The position numbers and the translations under genes were made by a program. Of a DNA stretch of 64,000 bases, positions 47,640-60,340 are shown one piece after another. The DNA comes from Geosiphon pyriformis uo1 (lineage: Eukaryota; Fungi; Glomeromycota): the NCBI GenBank assembly GCA_016748015.1, contig JAAOMT010000276.1, forward strand, positions 310,001-374,000, given 5' to 3'. Below the pieces are notes generated by a model that was given only the letters and a program-made list of their open reading frames with translations, was not told the origin of the DNA and made no database searches. Within the stretch, counting starts at the first letter, position 1; each line of letters opens with the position of its first letter.

Positions 47640-48359
47640 CTAATTTTAAAAAGAGTTTTTTTTTTTATCAGATTATTACAAAGTCTATTTTTAAACAGTT
47701 AATTTTACAATGTTGTTATTTCACAAGAGAAAAAATAAAAAAAATAAAAATAAAAAATAAAAATAAAAATAAAAAAAAAATTAATATTGTTAATTATAAT
47801 TAAGAATGATTGGTTCAAGTTATTATTGTTTAAGGTAGTTTTATATTAAAAATATTTGACTAAGAACAAAAGTAAAAGAATAATTAATTTGGTTTTAAAC
47901 ATGAAATTCATAAATTATGTATAAGTAATTTTTGGTTTCAAATATTTTTTTTATTTAAGGTAATATAGATATATAGATAAAATAGATCTAATAAATATTG
48001 ATAAAAAGATATATTTTTCTATCTGTTTTTCTGACTATTTGTCTGTCTGTCTTTTTGTCTTTTTCTGCTAAAACTATTTGTTTTTATACATATTTCTAGT
48101 TTTATAAACTTGTTTTTGATCATTTGTTATTACTAACTATCATTCATTATTTTTGTTGTTGCTTTATTTTTTTATATTATAACTAGTTATTCTATGTTAT
48201 AACTAGTTATTTCATATTATTGTGTGTTATTTCACATTATTTTAAGTTATAACACATTATTTTGTGTTATTTTGTATTATTATATTTTTTCTAAGTTATC
48301 ATATTTTTAATTACATTTTTTTCAATATCTTTTGAATTGGTTTTTCTATTCGAGTAATA
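47640..48359 (-). mobile_element. LTR family 3 copy (decayed)
   Basis: Collinear with 49540-50247 and with the reverse complement of 14242-14700; ends ctattcgaGTAAtA. Confidence 0.6.
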
Positions 48360-48374
48360 ATATATTTGATGTAA

Positions 48375-49500
48375 AATATAATAAGATTATATTTTTCTGT
48401 TGATTTAAATTTGACTATTGAAATTAAAATTAAGAGTTTAGTTTTCTTTATATTAACAAAGTTTTAAATAATTGTATTAACTTTAGAATATATTTTTAAT
48501 TTTGGTGTTATTGTAGTTTATTTAAATAATTAAGCTATTTTAGATGTTTGTTTATCTAAATTAAAGTTAAATTTGTCTAATTTTTACAATTATTATTGAT
48601 TAAAAAAACATTATTTTAAGAATATTACTAAAAAAAAACTTTTATATTATTTAACTAAAAATTAAAAACTATTTAGACATTGTAAGTAATATAATAACTA
48701 ATAAGTTAACTAAAATTATATTTTATTTAAGTTTTATATTTTTTGTTTATATTTATAAAAAAAATATTTAAATTAATAGTAAAGCTATTTTTAATAATAC
48801 TTGATATTTTATTTATAATATTTTCAAATCTGTTTGTTATATTTAATAGAAATTTAAGTTTAGTATTATAATTATAAAAAAACTGCTTAAAAATATTAAT
48901 TAAATTTAATTATTTTTGGTTTAGTATCTTAATTTTTATATAACTATTAACTATATAAATAAACTTATAATAAGTATGTATTTTTATTATATAAAATTTT
49001 TATATTATTGTCTATTTATTATAATTTATAAATATTTGTATAATAAAAAATATTTCAGTATTTTGTGTTTATATTGTGAAAAAATTGAGTTTTTTGACTG
49101 CTTTTTTTTATATATAGTAAATTATAATATTCACAAAAAATTGTTCTTATTATATATTATTAAATAAAAGTTTATATTAAATCTAAACTTATTATTATTT
49201 TGTGTTTTATAATTGCTTACTTTTTATATATCTAATAAAATATTATTACAAATAAACTTAATAAGATATAGTTATAATATTTGGCATTTATAATTTAATA
49301 ATAAAAGCAGTATAAAAATTAAATAAATAGGCTTTAGTTATATTATGAATTATTAGTTTTTGAAAATTTTTTTGTTTTAAAGTTTTACTTATTAAGTTTT
49401 TTTATTATAAAGCACAATAATATTATTTTTTTAATTACATAACTATTATTGTATTTTTTTTGAGCTAATAAATACAATTACTAAAGTCTAATATTGTTTT
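48375..49500 (+). pseudogene. Extremely AT-decayed LINE ORF2 3' region (RNase H / zinc finger)
   Basis: FYYIKFLYYCLFIIIYKYLYNKKYFSILCLYCEKIEFFDCFFLY aligns without gaps to TYFMKALHHCLSVAVQKHLYNRGYLSVVCLFCGEVEVSDHVFSC of the younger LINE. Confidence 0.7.
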
Positions 49501-49539
49501 TTTACTCTTTTGATAAGCTAATAAAATAAAGTTAATATT

Positions 49540-50247
49540 TAAACTTAGAAAAAGCTTTTTTTTTTTTACTAAACTATCATAAAATTTATTTTTAAACAGT
49601 TAATTTTTAATATTGCTGCTTTACAAAAAAAAAATAAAGAAAAATAAAGAAATAAAACAAAAAAAAAACAAAAATAAATAAATAAATAAATTAATATCTC
49701 ATTAATTACTATAATTAAGAATAATTAGTCCAGTTATTTAAAATTCCAAAAGTATTTATGGTAATAATATCTGGTCTGAAATAAAAATAAGAGTAATAAT
49801 TAATTGAATTTTAAAAACCAAAGTATTAAAATCATATACTTTGTAGATTTAAGTAATAATATTTTATTTAATTAATATTAAATATAGAAAAATAAAAATA
49901 AAATTATAAGACTAAAGAAAAAATATTTTAAAAAAATTAATTTTTATTAAGTCTGTTTTTTTTATCTGCTAAAATTATTTTTTTTATACATATTTTTTAA
50001 TTCTATAAGATTATTTTTAATTGTTTATTATTGTTAGTTATTGCTTATTATTTTAGCTATTGTTTTGTTTTTTTATATTATAATTAGTTATTTTATATTA
50101 TTGTGTATTATCTTGTATTATCTTGAATTATTTTATAATGTTTTGTTTTATTTTGTTTTATTTTGTATTATCACATTTTTTTTATATTATCACATATTAA
50201 TTATATTCTTTTTATAGTTTTTAATTAATTTTTTTACTTAAGTAATA
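49540..50247 (-). mobile_element. LTR family 3 copy (decayed)
   Basis: Collinear with 47640-48359. Confidence 0.55.
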
Positions 50248-50989
50248 TTATATATTATTATATACAAAAATTTTGTTTTTAAAAAATGATTTTATAAGAC
50301 TATATTAATTTTTGGCAATATTAATTTGGTTGCTAAAAAGCTAATTGGTTTTATACATAATTTAAAAATGGTTTATCAAAAAAATTTAGATTATTAAGTC
50401 TAAATATAAAGTAATTTTGAAAAAAAATTATTTAATTTTTTGTAATAGTTTTATGTTTTTTGTTATATGTGGTTTTTTATTGAATTGTTTAATATTATTA
50501 AAATATTTGGTATTTGTTTTAAATTATGTAAATTTTTTTTAATATTAATTATAATGTTTTTATTAAATAAATTTGTAATATCATTTTAATTAATCTAAGT
50601 AATTAGTTATATATAAAAAATAAATAATTTGTATTTAATTTTAATTACTTAATTTAATATATTATATTAAATAGTAATTGAATTTTATTCATAAAATAAT
50701 AATAATAATAAAATATAATATTATATAAAAACCTTATTTTTAAAAATTATTTAATAAAAATAATATTAATTTTTAATAACATATAAAAAACAGTATTAAA
50801 ATTAAGTTAAAAAATAATAATTTATTGTTTGCTAATAATTTATGTTAATTAATATTAATAGTTTTTTAATAATTTTATTTAAAAATATTATATAAATATT
50901 AAATATTAAAAAATTAAGCTTTAAGTTTTAATTTATAATTATAATATAAATTTTTTAATATAAAAAGTTTAATTTTTATTAATATAATT

Positions 50990-53280
50990 ATATATAACTT
51001 TTTGTCTTCTTAATTTTATAACCACAACCAGAGCAAAGAGTAAAAAGGCTGCACTTAATATTTGTCCTGAGATATCTAATAAAATTTCAACCAGAGGAGC
51101 TCTCTTTGTTGTAGAAGCAACTAGGCAAAATGTTTTAGAAGCCTTCTTCTTACCCAGTAATCGTGATAAGCTGTATTTGGTAGCCACTGAAGCAACTTTC
51201 TCATCTTTGGCTGGTTTCTTACCAGTCAAAGTCCTCTTAAAGAAACACATCTGGATTAGTCCCAGTGTTGCCTCCACCCCAACCAAGAGCCCAAAAGTTT
51301 TTAATAATAGATCAGTAAATAAGCTGGTATTTCCCTCCATAGCTTCAACATCTGGTGCTGCTAGCACTTCTTCTTTAAAAAAAATGGTTAAAAAAACCAA
51401 AAGTTCAGAAAAGTGGGGGCAGTTGCTTGTCTCTACTATTGTTACACCAAACCCCTTTGTGGTTCCCAATGAGATTTTAGATAAGATCTCCATAGTATTA
51501 TTCAGCACATCATCTAAGATAGACCAAGATCAACCACTGGCTGTGTTGCCAAATGTGGTGTCTTCCAACAAATCATCACCGGTTTTAGAAGCAAAACAAT
51601 CTCTTCCTGTTGGGTCATCTGTTTTTGGAAACTGGGCTGATCAAATGGAAACTGATTCATCTCCTTCTCTAGTTTCTGGTGCTACTTCTGGTGGTGCTTG
51701 GAAAACTATTACTAGTTGTCAAAAGTTTGCTGAATAGGTGGCCTCCACTCTGGTGTCTGGTGCTACTTTTAAGATCAAATTGGTTCATGTTAAGACTGTT
51801 TTTCAGTCTGTGCATGGTTTTTTGGGTGCTAAATCTGTTTCAAAAGACAATGTGAAGCTTTTCTGTATGGAATTTGCTTTTCAATAGTCTTTGGAAGCTG
51901 TGTTTTTGGTTGAGCTTACAAGCTCTGTTCATTTGGCCACTCTTAAAATTGCCAAGTCTTTGGTGGTTTCTGAATCTGGTTCCTTTTCTGCTGCTGTTGT
52001 GCTGTGTGATGTACTTTTGGGTGTGTTTACTGCTAACGTTAAGTTGGCTCTTAGTGTGTTTGGTAGTGTTACTTGTGTTGTACTGAAGCCTGCTGGCATT
52101 TGGCAGTATGTGGTGGTTTATTTTGAAAAGTTGGACTCTGCTGTGTCTGCCTTGAAGCATTGGTCAGTCTTGGTGGACAAGAATAGTGTTAGAATCCTCT
52201 TTCTGGTGAATCAAAATGAGACTATTTTGTCTTGTGATAAGTTTAAGACCAAATTGGTCAACCTTCCCTCTGGCTGTACCGTCTTTGAAATCAGTGATAT
52301 GATTTTTTAGATTAATGATTGAACATGTTTCATCCCTCATTCTCCTGATTCTGGTCATTGTTCCCAGTTTGCTTTGGTTACATTTGACTCTCAAGGTAAT
52401 TTGGATTCTGCTGTAGTCAAGACTGGTACTCTAAAAAAATGCCATATTTGGTGGGAAACTCCTGGCTGCTGGCACTGCTTTAGGTGTTAAGAAATGGGCC
52501 ATCTGGCCATGGATTGTAAGATTTTCCCATCTCCCACTCCCAAGATTCCCAAGGTTTTTAAGTCTCGTTTTGTGGGTTCTGCTTCATATGCCAAGACTGC
52601 TGCTCCTTCTGGTCTTTCTGAGTTTCCTCCTTTAGTGGCTCTTTTAGCTGTTTCTGCTGCTGATCCTGCTGTTGGTTCCAGATTGGACTCTTTGGAAAAG
52701 CAGATTTCGGATTTGGCTGCTCTGGTTAAGTCTATTGTTGAGTCTGTTGGTTCTTTGGTTGCTTTAGTGTCTTGTTTTCTTGATAATAATGTTGTTAAAG
52801 CTGTTTAAGTCAAGAAAGATATTATTTCTATGAAGAATGCTGCTAACAATTTTGCTGACCTCATGGTTGGAGTTTCTAAGAACATTGCTTGTCTTAGATC
52901 TAAGATTGACTTTGGTGATATAGATTATGATGGTATACTGGCTGCTAAGTTTTTCTTTTTAAGTAAGAACACTGTTGAGCATGTTATTGCTTTGTGGCAA
53001 ATGTCTGGTGCTGAAACCAGAAGCAATATTGAATCTATTAGATTGTTTTTTAGTAAGTTTATTTTTGACTCTAGGAATCTGAATGGTATCATTGAAAGAA
53101 TTCATGGGTTGGAGTTATTCTCACTTATTTTTGATTCAGTGTAGTGAATCCTTGATTGGGCCGAGTGTTTGATCACATGTAGAAAACGCATGATTTATGT
53201 CTATAATGTAATTCCTTCTGTGATATCATAGTTTTAGGTTGTATTTGGGTTTTACTCATTAAATAAATATAAAAAAAAAA
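50990..53280 (+). mobile_element. ORF1-only non-autonomous non-LTR retroelement (half-LINE) with poly(A) tail
   Basis: One frame 51018-53144, then a ~125-nt 3' UTR homologous to the LINE 3' UTR, AATAAA and A10 (53271-53280). No ORF2 sequence. The 5' boundary is approximate. Confidence 0.8.
51018..53144 (+). pseudogene. LINE ORF1-like protein (~708 codons): low-complexity N-terminus, RRM-like repeats, CCHC knuckle, coiled coil
   Basis: ORFs at 51177, 51891, 52494 and 52830 share one frame with ATA 51018 (decayed ATG). Motifs: VVLCDVLLGV..ALSVFGSV..WQYVVVYFE; KLVNLPSGCT; CFRC*EMGHLAMDC; RLDSLEKQISDLAALVK. Confidence 0.75.
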
Positions 53281-53870
53281 TTATATATAATAGTTTTAAT
53301 TAACAAAATAATTAATTATATATAGAAAATATATAAATTATATATAATTTAAAACAGTTAATTAAATTATATTTATAAAATACCAATAAAAAAATAATTA
53401 ACAAATTTTATTATTATTATTATTTATAAGTAGAATCTAATTACTATTTAATATAATACAATTATTTAAAGTTTTAAATTAAATATAATTTATGTACTTA
53501 CTATATATAATTAATTATTTAGTCAATCAAAACAATACTATAAAACAATATTAATAAATATATTAGCAATTATATTAAAAAAATGTTATTAATTCTTAAT
53601 TTAAAACCAATAGTATATTTTTTAATTATTTTTAACAAATACATAATATTACAATATATTATAACTAAAAAATTTAAACTATTAACACTAATTATATTAT
53701 TATTGTTTAAATAATTTTTTTTGTTTTATTATTATTATTTTTTTTTATTAAAGTTTAATGAATGGAGTCTAAATGCCACCTAGTGCTATACATCATACAA
53801 ATAATCTAAATTAGGCACGAATCATGCCTTTGCTACATGTGACCAGACACTCAGACTAGTTAGAACAACA

Positions 53871-56800
53871 CTATGCACTTATATAAACTGAAGCCATATT
53901 ACCAATACCTGCATAAAACAAACAACATTTACAATACCCAAAACTAATGCCGAGTACATCAGCAACACCCAACAACCTAATCACCCCAGCCAAAAGCCAC
54001 ATAGAAAAACCAGAAACAGTGACAGAAATAGAACCATCATGTGGAATCAACTTATTCTTTTCTATAATGGCCTGGTGTTTCACATAGACCAGCCAGATAT
54101 TATTACAAAATGTAAGACAAAACTCCCGTACAAAATTCACAATATTGATCACTGCCACCTTAGGATCCTTGTAAACAGAAACAGACTTGTGATACCAATT
54201 GCCAAAAACAAAACCCTTACACAGAGCCATACTAACAGTCATATCTGAAATGCAAGTCGACAACAACTGTAATATGCATGAAGAAAAACGAGACAGACCA
54301 GAACACACCTCTCAAACAGCTGCATAAGTGTCCAACAAATTGGCATGACTATTAGCATCAGAAGAGCAAGAAAAGACATGGTCTGAGACTTCAACCTCAC
54401 CACAAAACAAACAAACTACACTGAGATAACCTCTATTATACAAATGCTTTTGCACAGCAACAGAAAGACAATGATGAAGGGCTTTCATGAAATATGTACG
54501 AAAGCCAGCCATCCAAATACTAGTAAAACCAGTCGCCATGTGAGAATTTGGGTGCCACACCAGAAAAGACCTCAACCAGTCAATATCAGCACACAAACAA
54601 CCTGAAACAACCCGGGAACCAGAACCAACCTCCCAATGCATGCGATGGATTGACCTGAATATGTCATGAACAAAATGCCTCGAATTACTAGAAACCGTAT
54701 CAACACCAGCCTTCAAAAACCTCTCATTGACCAAGTGGAACAGGTGCCAGGCAGAAAGGGCAGTATTCTTAACCAGTGCATCAGCACGTTTGTTGTCTAA
54801 GACATCCAAATGACCCTTAACTTTAATTCAATTAACATCAAAATTTTTGCGACAAATAACATTGGCGATGTGATGATGCTCAATCCAACAACAATTCCTG
54901 AAATCAGAGCCAACTGATAAAGACTCTGATCTGCAAGCATCAATAGCCGCCTGGCTGTCCGAGAACAAGTTAACCAAATAAAAAGAAGGAACACACTCCA
55001 GAGCTAAAGCAATGGCCTACAACTCTGCCAAAGTAGAAGAAACCAAACCAGAAACTCCCACACCCAGACCTGAATCAATGTCCTCAAAGAAAACCACAGC
55101 ATCAGCTAACATGTCAACAGTGTCCAAGTTACTCAGAGACCTATTTGTGTACACAGAGAGGCAGGCGGCACCTACACTCAACAGATCATTACAAATAACA
55201 CCAAAACCAAGAGACTGACGGATGTCAGAAAAACCACCAACACCCTCATGAGGGAAATGACTAGAAGGAGAAGTTACACTACCAAGAAAATGTACAAAGA
55301 GATCAAACCAGAAGAAGACCAGGCCATGGAGGTCCAGTCTTTTCCAATGCTTGAAAGTTTTCCAATCAAAAACAATGCCATTCTGGTCACAAAGCTGTTC
55401 CACAAAAGCAATACCATAATGCCTGAAGGAGGAAACACATTTGAAGAAAATTGTCTCACCGAGTACTAGAGACATAGGAGTACTGCACCAAAGACAAAAA
55501 GCACCAGTCAGAAAGCCACTCAAAGACAAATCACACCTGGAAAAAATATGAACCACATCTGCCAAAAAGTTGTTTAAAGGGCTAACTCTAACACAAACAG
55601 GAAACAACAAAGGATGATGAGGATGCCAGCTGAGAACCTGGAGATTGTGAAACCTATGAGAAAACAAGTGACCCAAAACACCAACCGAATTCACAAAAAC
55701 AATAACAGAAGCTGACTTGCTCTTAGCTTGAATCTGCTCAAAAGTCTTTAAATTGTACAAGGAAAAATAATGAAGTGCATTATTGGAAAAGTCCAAAGGC
55801 AGTCCAGATTTGGATTTCAAGCCCTTGCAAATCAAAACGTCCCATTTATTACACATACTGAGAGAAATAAAACTGAACTGAGTTCTGTAGCTGATGATAG
55901 GAAAGAGAACTGAAGACACCAAATAAGCAAACTATTTATCTGAAATAACTTTTCTCAGAATAAGATTGATGAAAAACTGAACATCCAAATGCACCTTAAC
56001 CAAGCTAGACTTCGAAAGACCATCAGAAAATAAAAAAATACCCAGATAATAATGAGATTCACCTCTTTTAGCAATGGAAATTGGCATACCACTGATAGTT
56101 AGATAAGGAGCAGCGACCCGACAGTTGATAAAAATGGCCATAGTTTTGTCATTGTTTATCGAAATGTCATTTAAACGAAAGAACTCACTAGCAACATTGA
56201 GGATGTGTTGTGTAGCAGCTTGGCTGCTACCGACCCAAATAGTATCATCAACAAAAGCACTAGTGGCCAAAAACAATATCAGCCCAGCTTGAAATTTTAC
56301 CTGGCCAGTCTTAGAAATGAAATAAAAAATCAACCTGTAATCACAAATGCTCTCCTGTCTTTTAATCTCACACAAAAGCAAGTCATAAAATATGCACCAG
56401 AGAAGTGGTGAAAAAACCTTCCCCTGATCCAATCTATCATGAACATAATATCCATTAGTCAAACCAAAATTTGTCATCACTCTGTTAGTGCGATCATTAT
56501 GAATGCTACCAAAAAATCTGATAAATTTGTCACACATTTTGATCCTAATCAAACTTCTCTTGAGATGCTCCCAACCAACAGAATCATAAGCTTTGCGTAT
56601 ATTCTGTAAAACCAGCCACAATTCTTGGTTCTTTTCTAAAGCATTTTCAATCACTAAACCAATAGCAAAGATAGGCGATTGAATAGACATACTTTTCAGA
56701 ACAGAGAAATTGTTCCCATGGAGAACATCAAAAGTGCTACAAGCCAGAGAGATCTGATCTGAAAAAATCTTAGAAAGAACCTTACAAGCTGTCTTAATCA

Positions 56801-58559
56801 AAGCAATAGGATGGGTATTTGTAAGAACTCCCTCTCACCCATAAGGTTTAGGAATCATTGAGACCCAGATTTCTCTTCAAGGTCCAGGCACTGATTCACT
56901 ATCCAAACAAAAATTTAAGAGCACCAAAAGCATATCCAAAACTGACTTGTCACAGTGTTTCCAAAGTTCATTAGAGATATCAGAAAAACCAGCTGCTTTC
57001 CCATCAGGCAAATTTGAAATAACACCAAACATCTCATCAAAACCAATTGAATGCATTATATTAGAGAAGACACCATTGAAAACATAATCCAAAGGCAGAA
57101 ATTGCCTTGCCCAATCATCAGAGATATCAGAAACCACTACACATTTCTTAGTCCAACCCTCCATGATTCCATCTACCTTAGATTTAACCAATTCAGGCTC
57201 CAGGACTAACTCCCCACCATCCACCAAATGATTCAACACCACTTTATGAAAAAGATGCTTCAAAACATTTCTAATAGTGTGACTCTTATCCACCTCAAAA
57301 CTCTCCATTCTCCTCTCAATAGCCTGTCTTATATGAGATTCTTCAGCACACTTAGATTCCAACAACTTAGAAGAGCGGTAAGACTTCCTCACCTTAGCCA
57401 GCCTAGAACAGATCGCATCAAAACTGGTGCCAGAAAGAAACAGAGATCTAACTGGCAAAGTGCCCACAGAATCAAGCCTGTTCTAAGTATTCAACAACAA
57501 GGCAAAATTTCCACCAAAAACCAACCAAGAAGTCTTTGTCAGTTTAGACACAAGTAGCTCCAGTTTATAAAACCGGGAAGATACCTTATTAAAAACACAA
57601 TTAAAACCCTTAAACCATTTTTTCTTGAACATTCCACTAGCCACAAAAACCATAACTTTATGAACAATGTCCCATATTGCATCCAGATCAGAAAACTGCT
57701 CAGCCATAACAAACTTATCTAAGAACATAACAGCATTAGCAGCCATAGCATTTCTGAATTCTGACCACTTAATCTTACTGGTATTTTTGATATCATACTT
57801 CCAATGATCTCTATTAGCTTGTTTGTGCAGTGAATTCAGCTAGACATTGAGCAGGCCACCCAATCTCACAGAAACATAAACAGCCTTGTGATCAGTATCA
57901 AAATATTTCTCAATGCCATCCACACCATGATTCACCACTGCACCAACCAAATTAGAAAAAACTAACATATAGTCAATTGTCTTAGTGATACCACGAGAAT
58001 TGTACCAAGTAGGTGATTTTACAAAAAAGCTCTCTCCCAGAGAGTTAATCAAACCCAAATCAAAACATTTTTTGAAACTGGCACATCTGTGCGAACCATC
58101 CTCATTAAAATCACCACTAAGAATAACAAAAAAAGACTCATTAACGGCTTTAGCAATGAGAAAATTGATCTCATCAGCCTGAGAAAACCGAGCCACTGAT
58201 AAAGCACCAGCATAGAGCCCCAAAATAGACACTGAAAGTTTATTTTTGAAAAGCAACTTGATGGATAAGAGCCGACCAGTCACCTCAGAGATCTTGTAGA
58301 CGTACTTTGCTAAAGAAGAATTCATGACGATTAACACCCTAGCACCCAAAAAACCAAAATCCAGACCAGAAGTAAAAACCCAAACACCATCAAATTTGTT
58401 GGCCAACCATGGGTGAACTTTCCCTTTAAGCTTTGACTCTGTAAAAATAGAAACCAAATTGTCTATATTCTTGTGTCAACGAATGATATCATCTTGCTTT
58501 ACAGGATTGTTCAACCCATAAACATTACATATAGCAATTTTTCATACCAGACCACTCAT
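53871..58559 (-). pseudogene. LINE ORF2: AP endonuclease, reverse transcriptase, RNase H, C-terminal zinc knuckle
   Basis: APE: MSGLV*KIAICNVYGLN, SIFTESKL, ILSGDFN, TIDYMLV, FDTDHKAV. RT: KAAGFSDISNE, KAYDSV, DQGKVFSPLLW, AFVDDT, YLGIF. RNase H: VYTNRSL (YTDGS), STLAEL, LFSDSQAA, KVKGH..NKRADAL. Knuckle: CLFCGEVEVSDHVFSC. Confidence 0.9.
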
Positions 58560-60340
58560 TGAAAAAGAGAGAAAGGAAGAGCACCACCCACCAAAGCCAA
58601 ACCATCCAAGTGCACTGATAGGCTCATGACCGAAGCAGAGAGACCTTCCAACATGTTTTCCAATTTCACAACCTCAGGTGAGACAGTTGAACCAAGAATG
58701 GCAGCAGTTTTGTCACTAGTGGCATCATCTGAACCCACTCCCATCACTATATCTTCCCCTTGATTCTGCAATGGGGGGGTCACTGGCAGCTGACATCCAG
58801 GGCTAGACTGGAAAACTGCCAGTATGAATGAGTCTAACCTTTTAGCCAACTCACCAATTTGTCCTGTGAGACTAACAAGACTGCTTTCAATATTCTTTAA
58901 ATGGTCTTCCAATTCACTATTAACAGTTAGGAGAGGTTTACCATAAGATATGGAACCAGATTAAGCTAAACCACCAAAAGCCAAAGGATGAAAAACAGGG
59001 GCAGATTTTCTTTCATATATCTTCACCAGACAGAACTGATCCTGAGCTGAGAGAGGAGCTCTTTTGCTCCTAGGACTTGAGAACACACCAGCAGTATGAC
59101 AAGCGAGAGAAGTATGACCAGAAGTTTTGCAAATTGAGCACAGTACAGTGGTTAAACGAGACCATTAGAGACCAACACTTTTTATAACAGGAGTGTTTGC
59201 CATTGCCTAAATAAAGCTACCTTCAAAATCGAAGCACACAGTGGCACAACGTGCCCAGACATAACTAACAGAACTGCATTCAATAACACATGTTTTCCCA
59301 CTGACTGAACCAATGAAGTCCCAAAGATTATGAGTGTTGGTGCCCATGGGGAGAGTATAAAGCAAAGCCCTAAACTCATCTCTGGTATCTCACATTTGTT
59401 TGTCAACATTGGCCCGGGCCACATGCACTGCATTTTTCCCAATAAGAATAAACTACTCAGCCACCAAGAGATCAGCCTGAATTTGATCCTCCAATTCGAC
59501 AATTATCTTTTGTTATAGACCCACCAACTGTATCTTGATTGACTTAATAAACCCAAATTCAGAAATGGCTGCATGCACTGCCTTAATGGAAGTTTCCACA
59601 GGAATTTCTTTCAACACAATTGCCCAATTCGTATGATTGTTAATAGGGCGCTTAAGATTGGTATTTACTACAACACCACGATTATTTGCCAACTGTGCAG
59701 CTGCCATCATTGTCTTTTCATAAGTGAAAGATGCCTGGATGATTCCACCAAATTTTGAGGGAGTAGAGACCCCCCTAAAACCATTTATACCTGAAAAGAT
59801 TTTTCTGACAAAATTGACTTTTTCATAAAAGGATTTTCCAGCCACCATTACCAAATCAATATTTAAAACGAAGAATTTGTGAACAGGTACTTGAACGGAT
59901 GGTTTGACCAAAAAAGGAGGTGGGAGAAGAAGAGAATCATCCAACACATCATCTTCTGCATTGACAATATCATAATCAATCACATCCAGTGGCTTCTCTA
60001 ACACTTTTTTGGTCTTTACATGCAAATCCTTTGGTGTTTAATCAGGATCTCCTCCTGCAAAAGTACTATTATCATCATAGTCTACACTGGTTTTTTCAAC
60101 CAAGCATTCTTCTTCCATGTCAATACTCTCAGATTTCATAGTGTTATCAGTCTCAAAACTCCATGAACAAACACCAAGAGCTTTGGCAGCAATCCCTTTA
60201 TTATCAATACTCTTTTCCAATACACCACTCTTCCTCTTCTTCCTTGATGCGACAGCCTTGAAACCACTCTCAGAACCAGAAGCTTTAATGGTCTTTTTTA
60301 TAACAGCAATAACAGAGCCAACAGTGGCTTCGTAATCGAA
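58556..60340 (-). pseudogene. LINE ORF1 (RRM-like repeats, CCHC, coiled coil)
   Basis: AIVLKEIPVETS..AISEFG; RALLYTLPMGT; CSICKTSGHTSLAC; LEDHLKNIESSLVSL. The stop TGA (58558-58556) overlaps the ORF2 ATG. The start codon is uncertain. Confidence 0.8.

Noticed and set aside
53145-53270. Hammerhead or other self-cleaving ribozyme in the shared 3' UTR
   Set aside because: The CUGAnGA/GAAA core is not present in either copy (tgatca/tggtca). It is kept only as a generic structured UTR.
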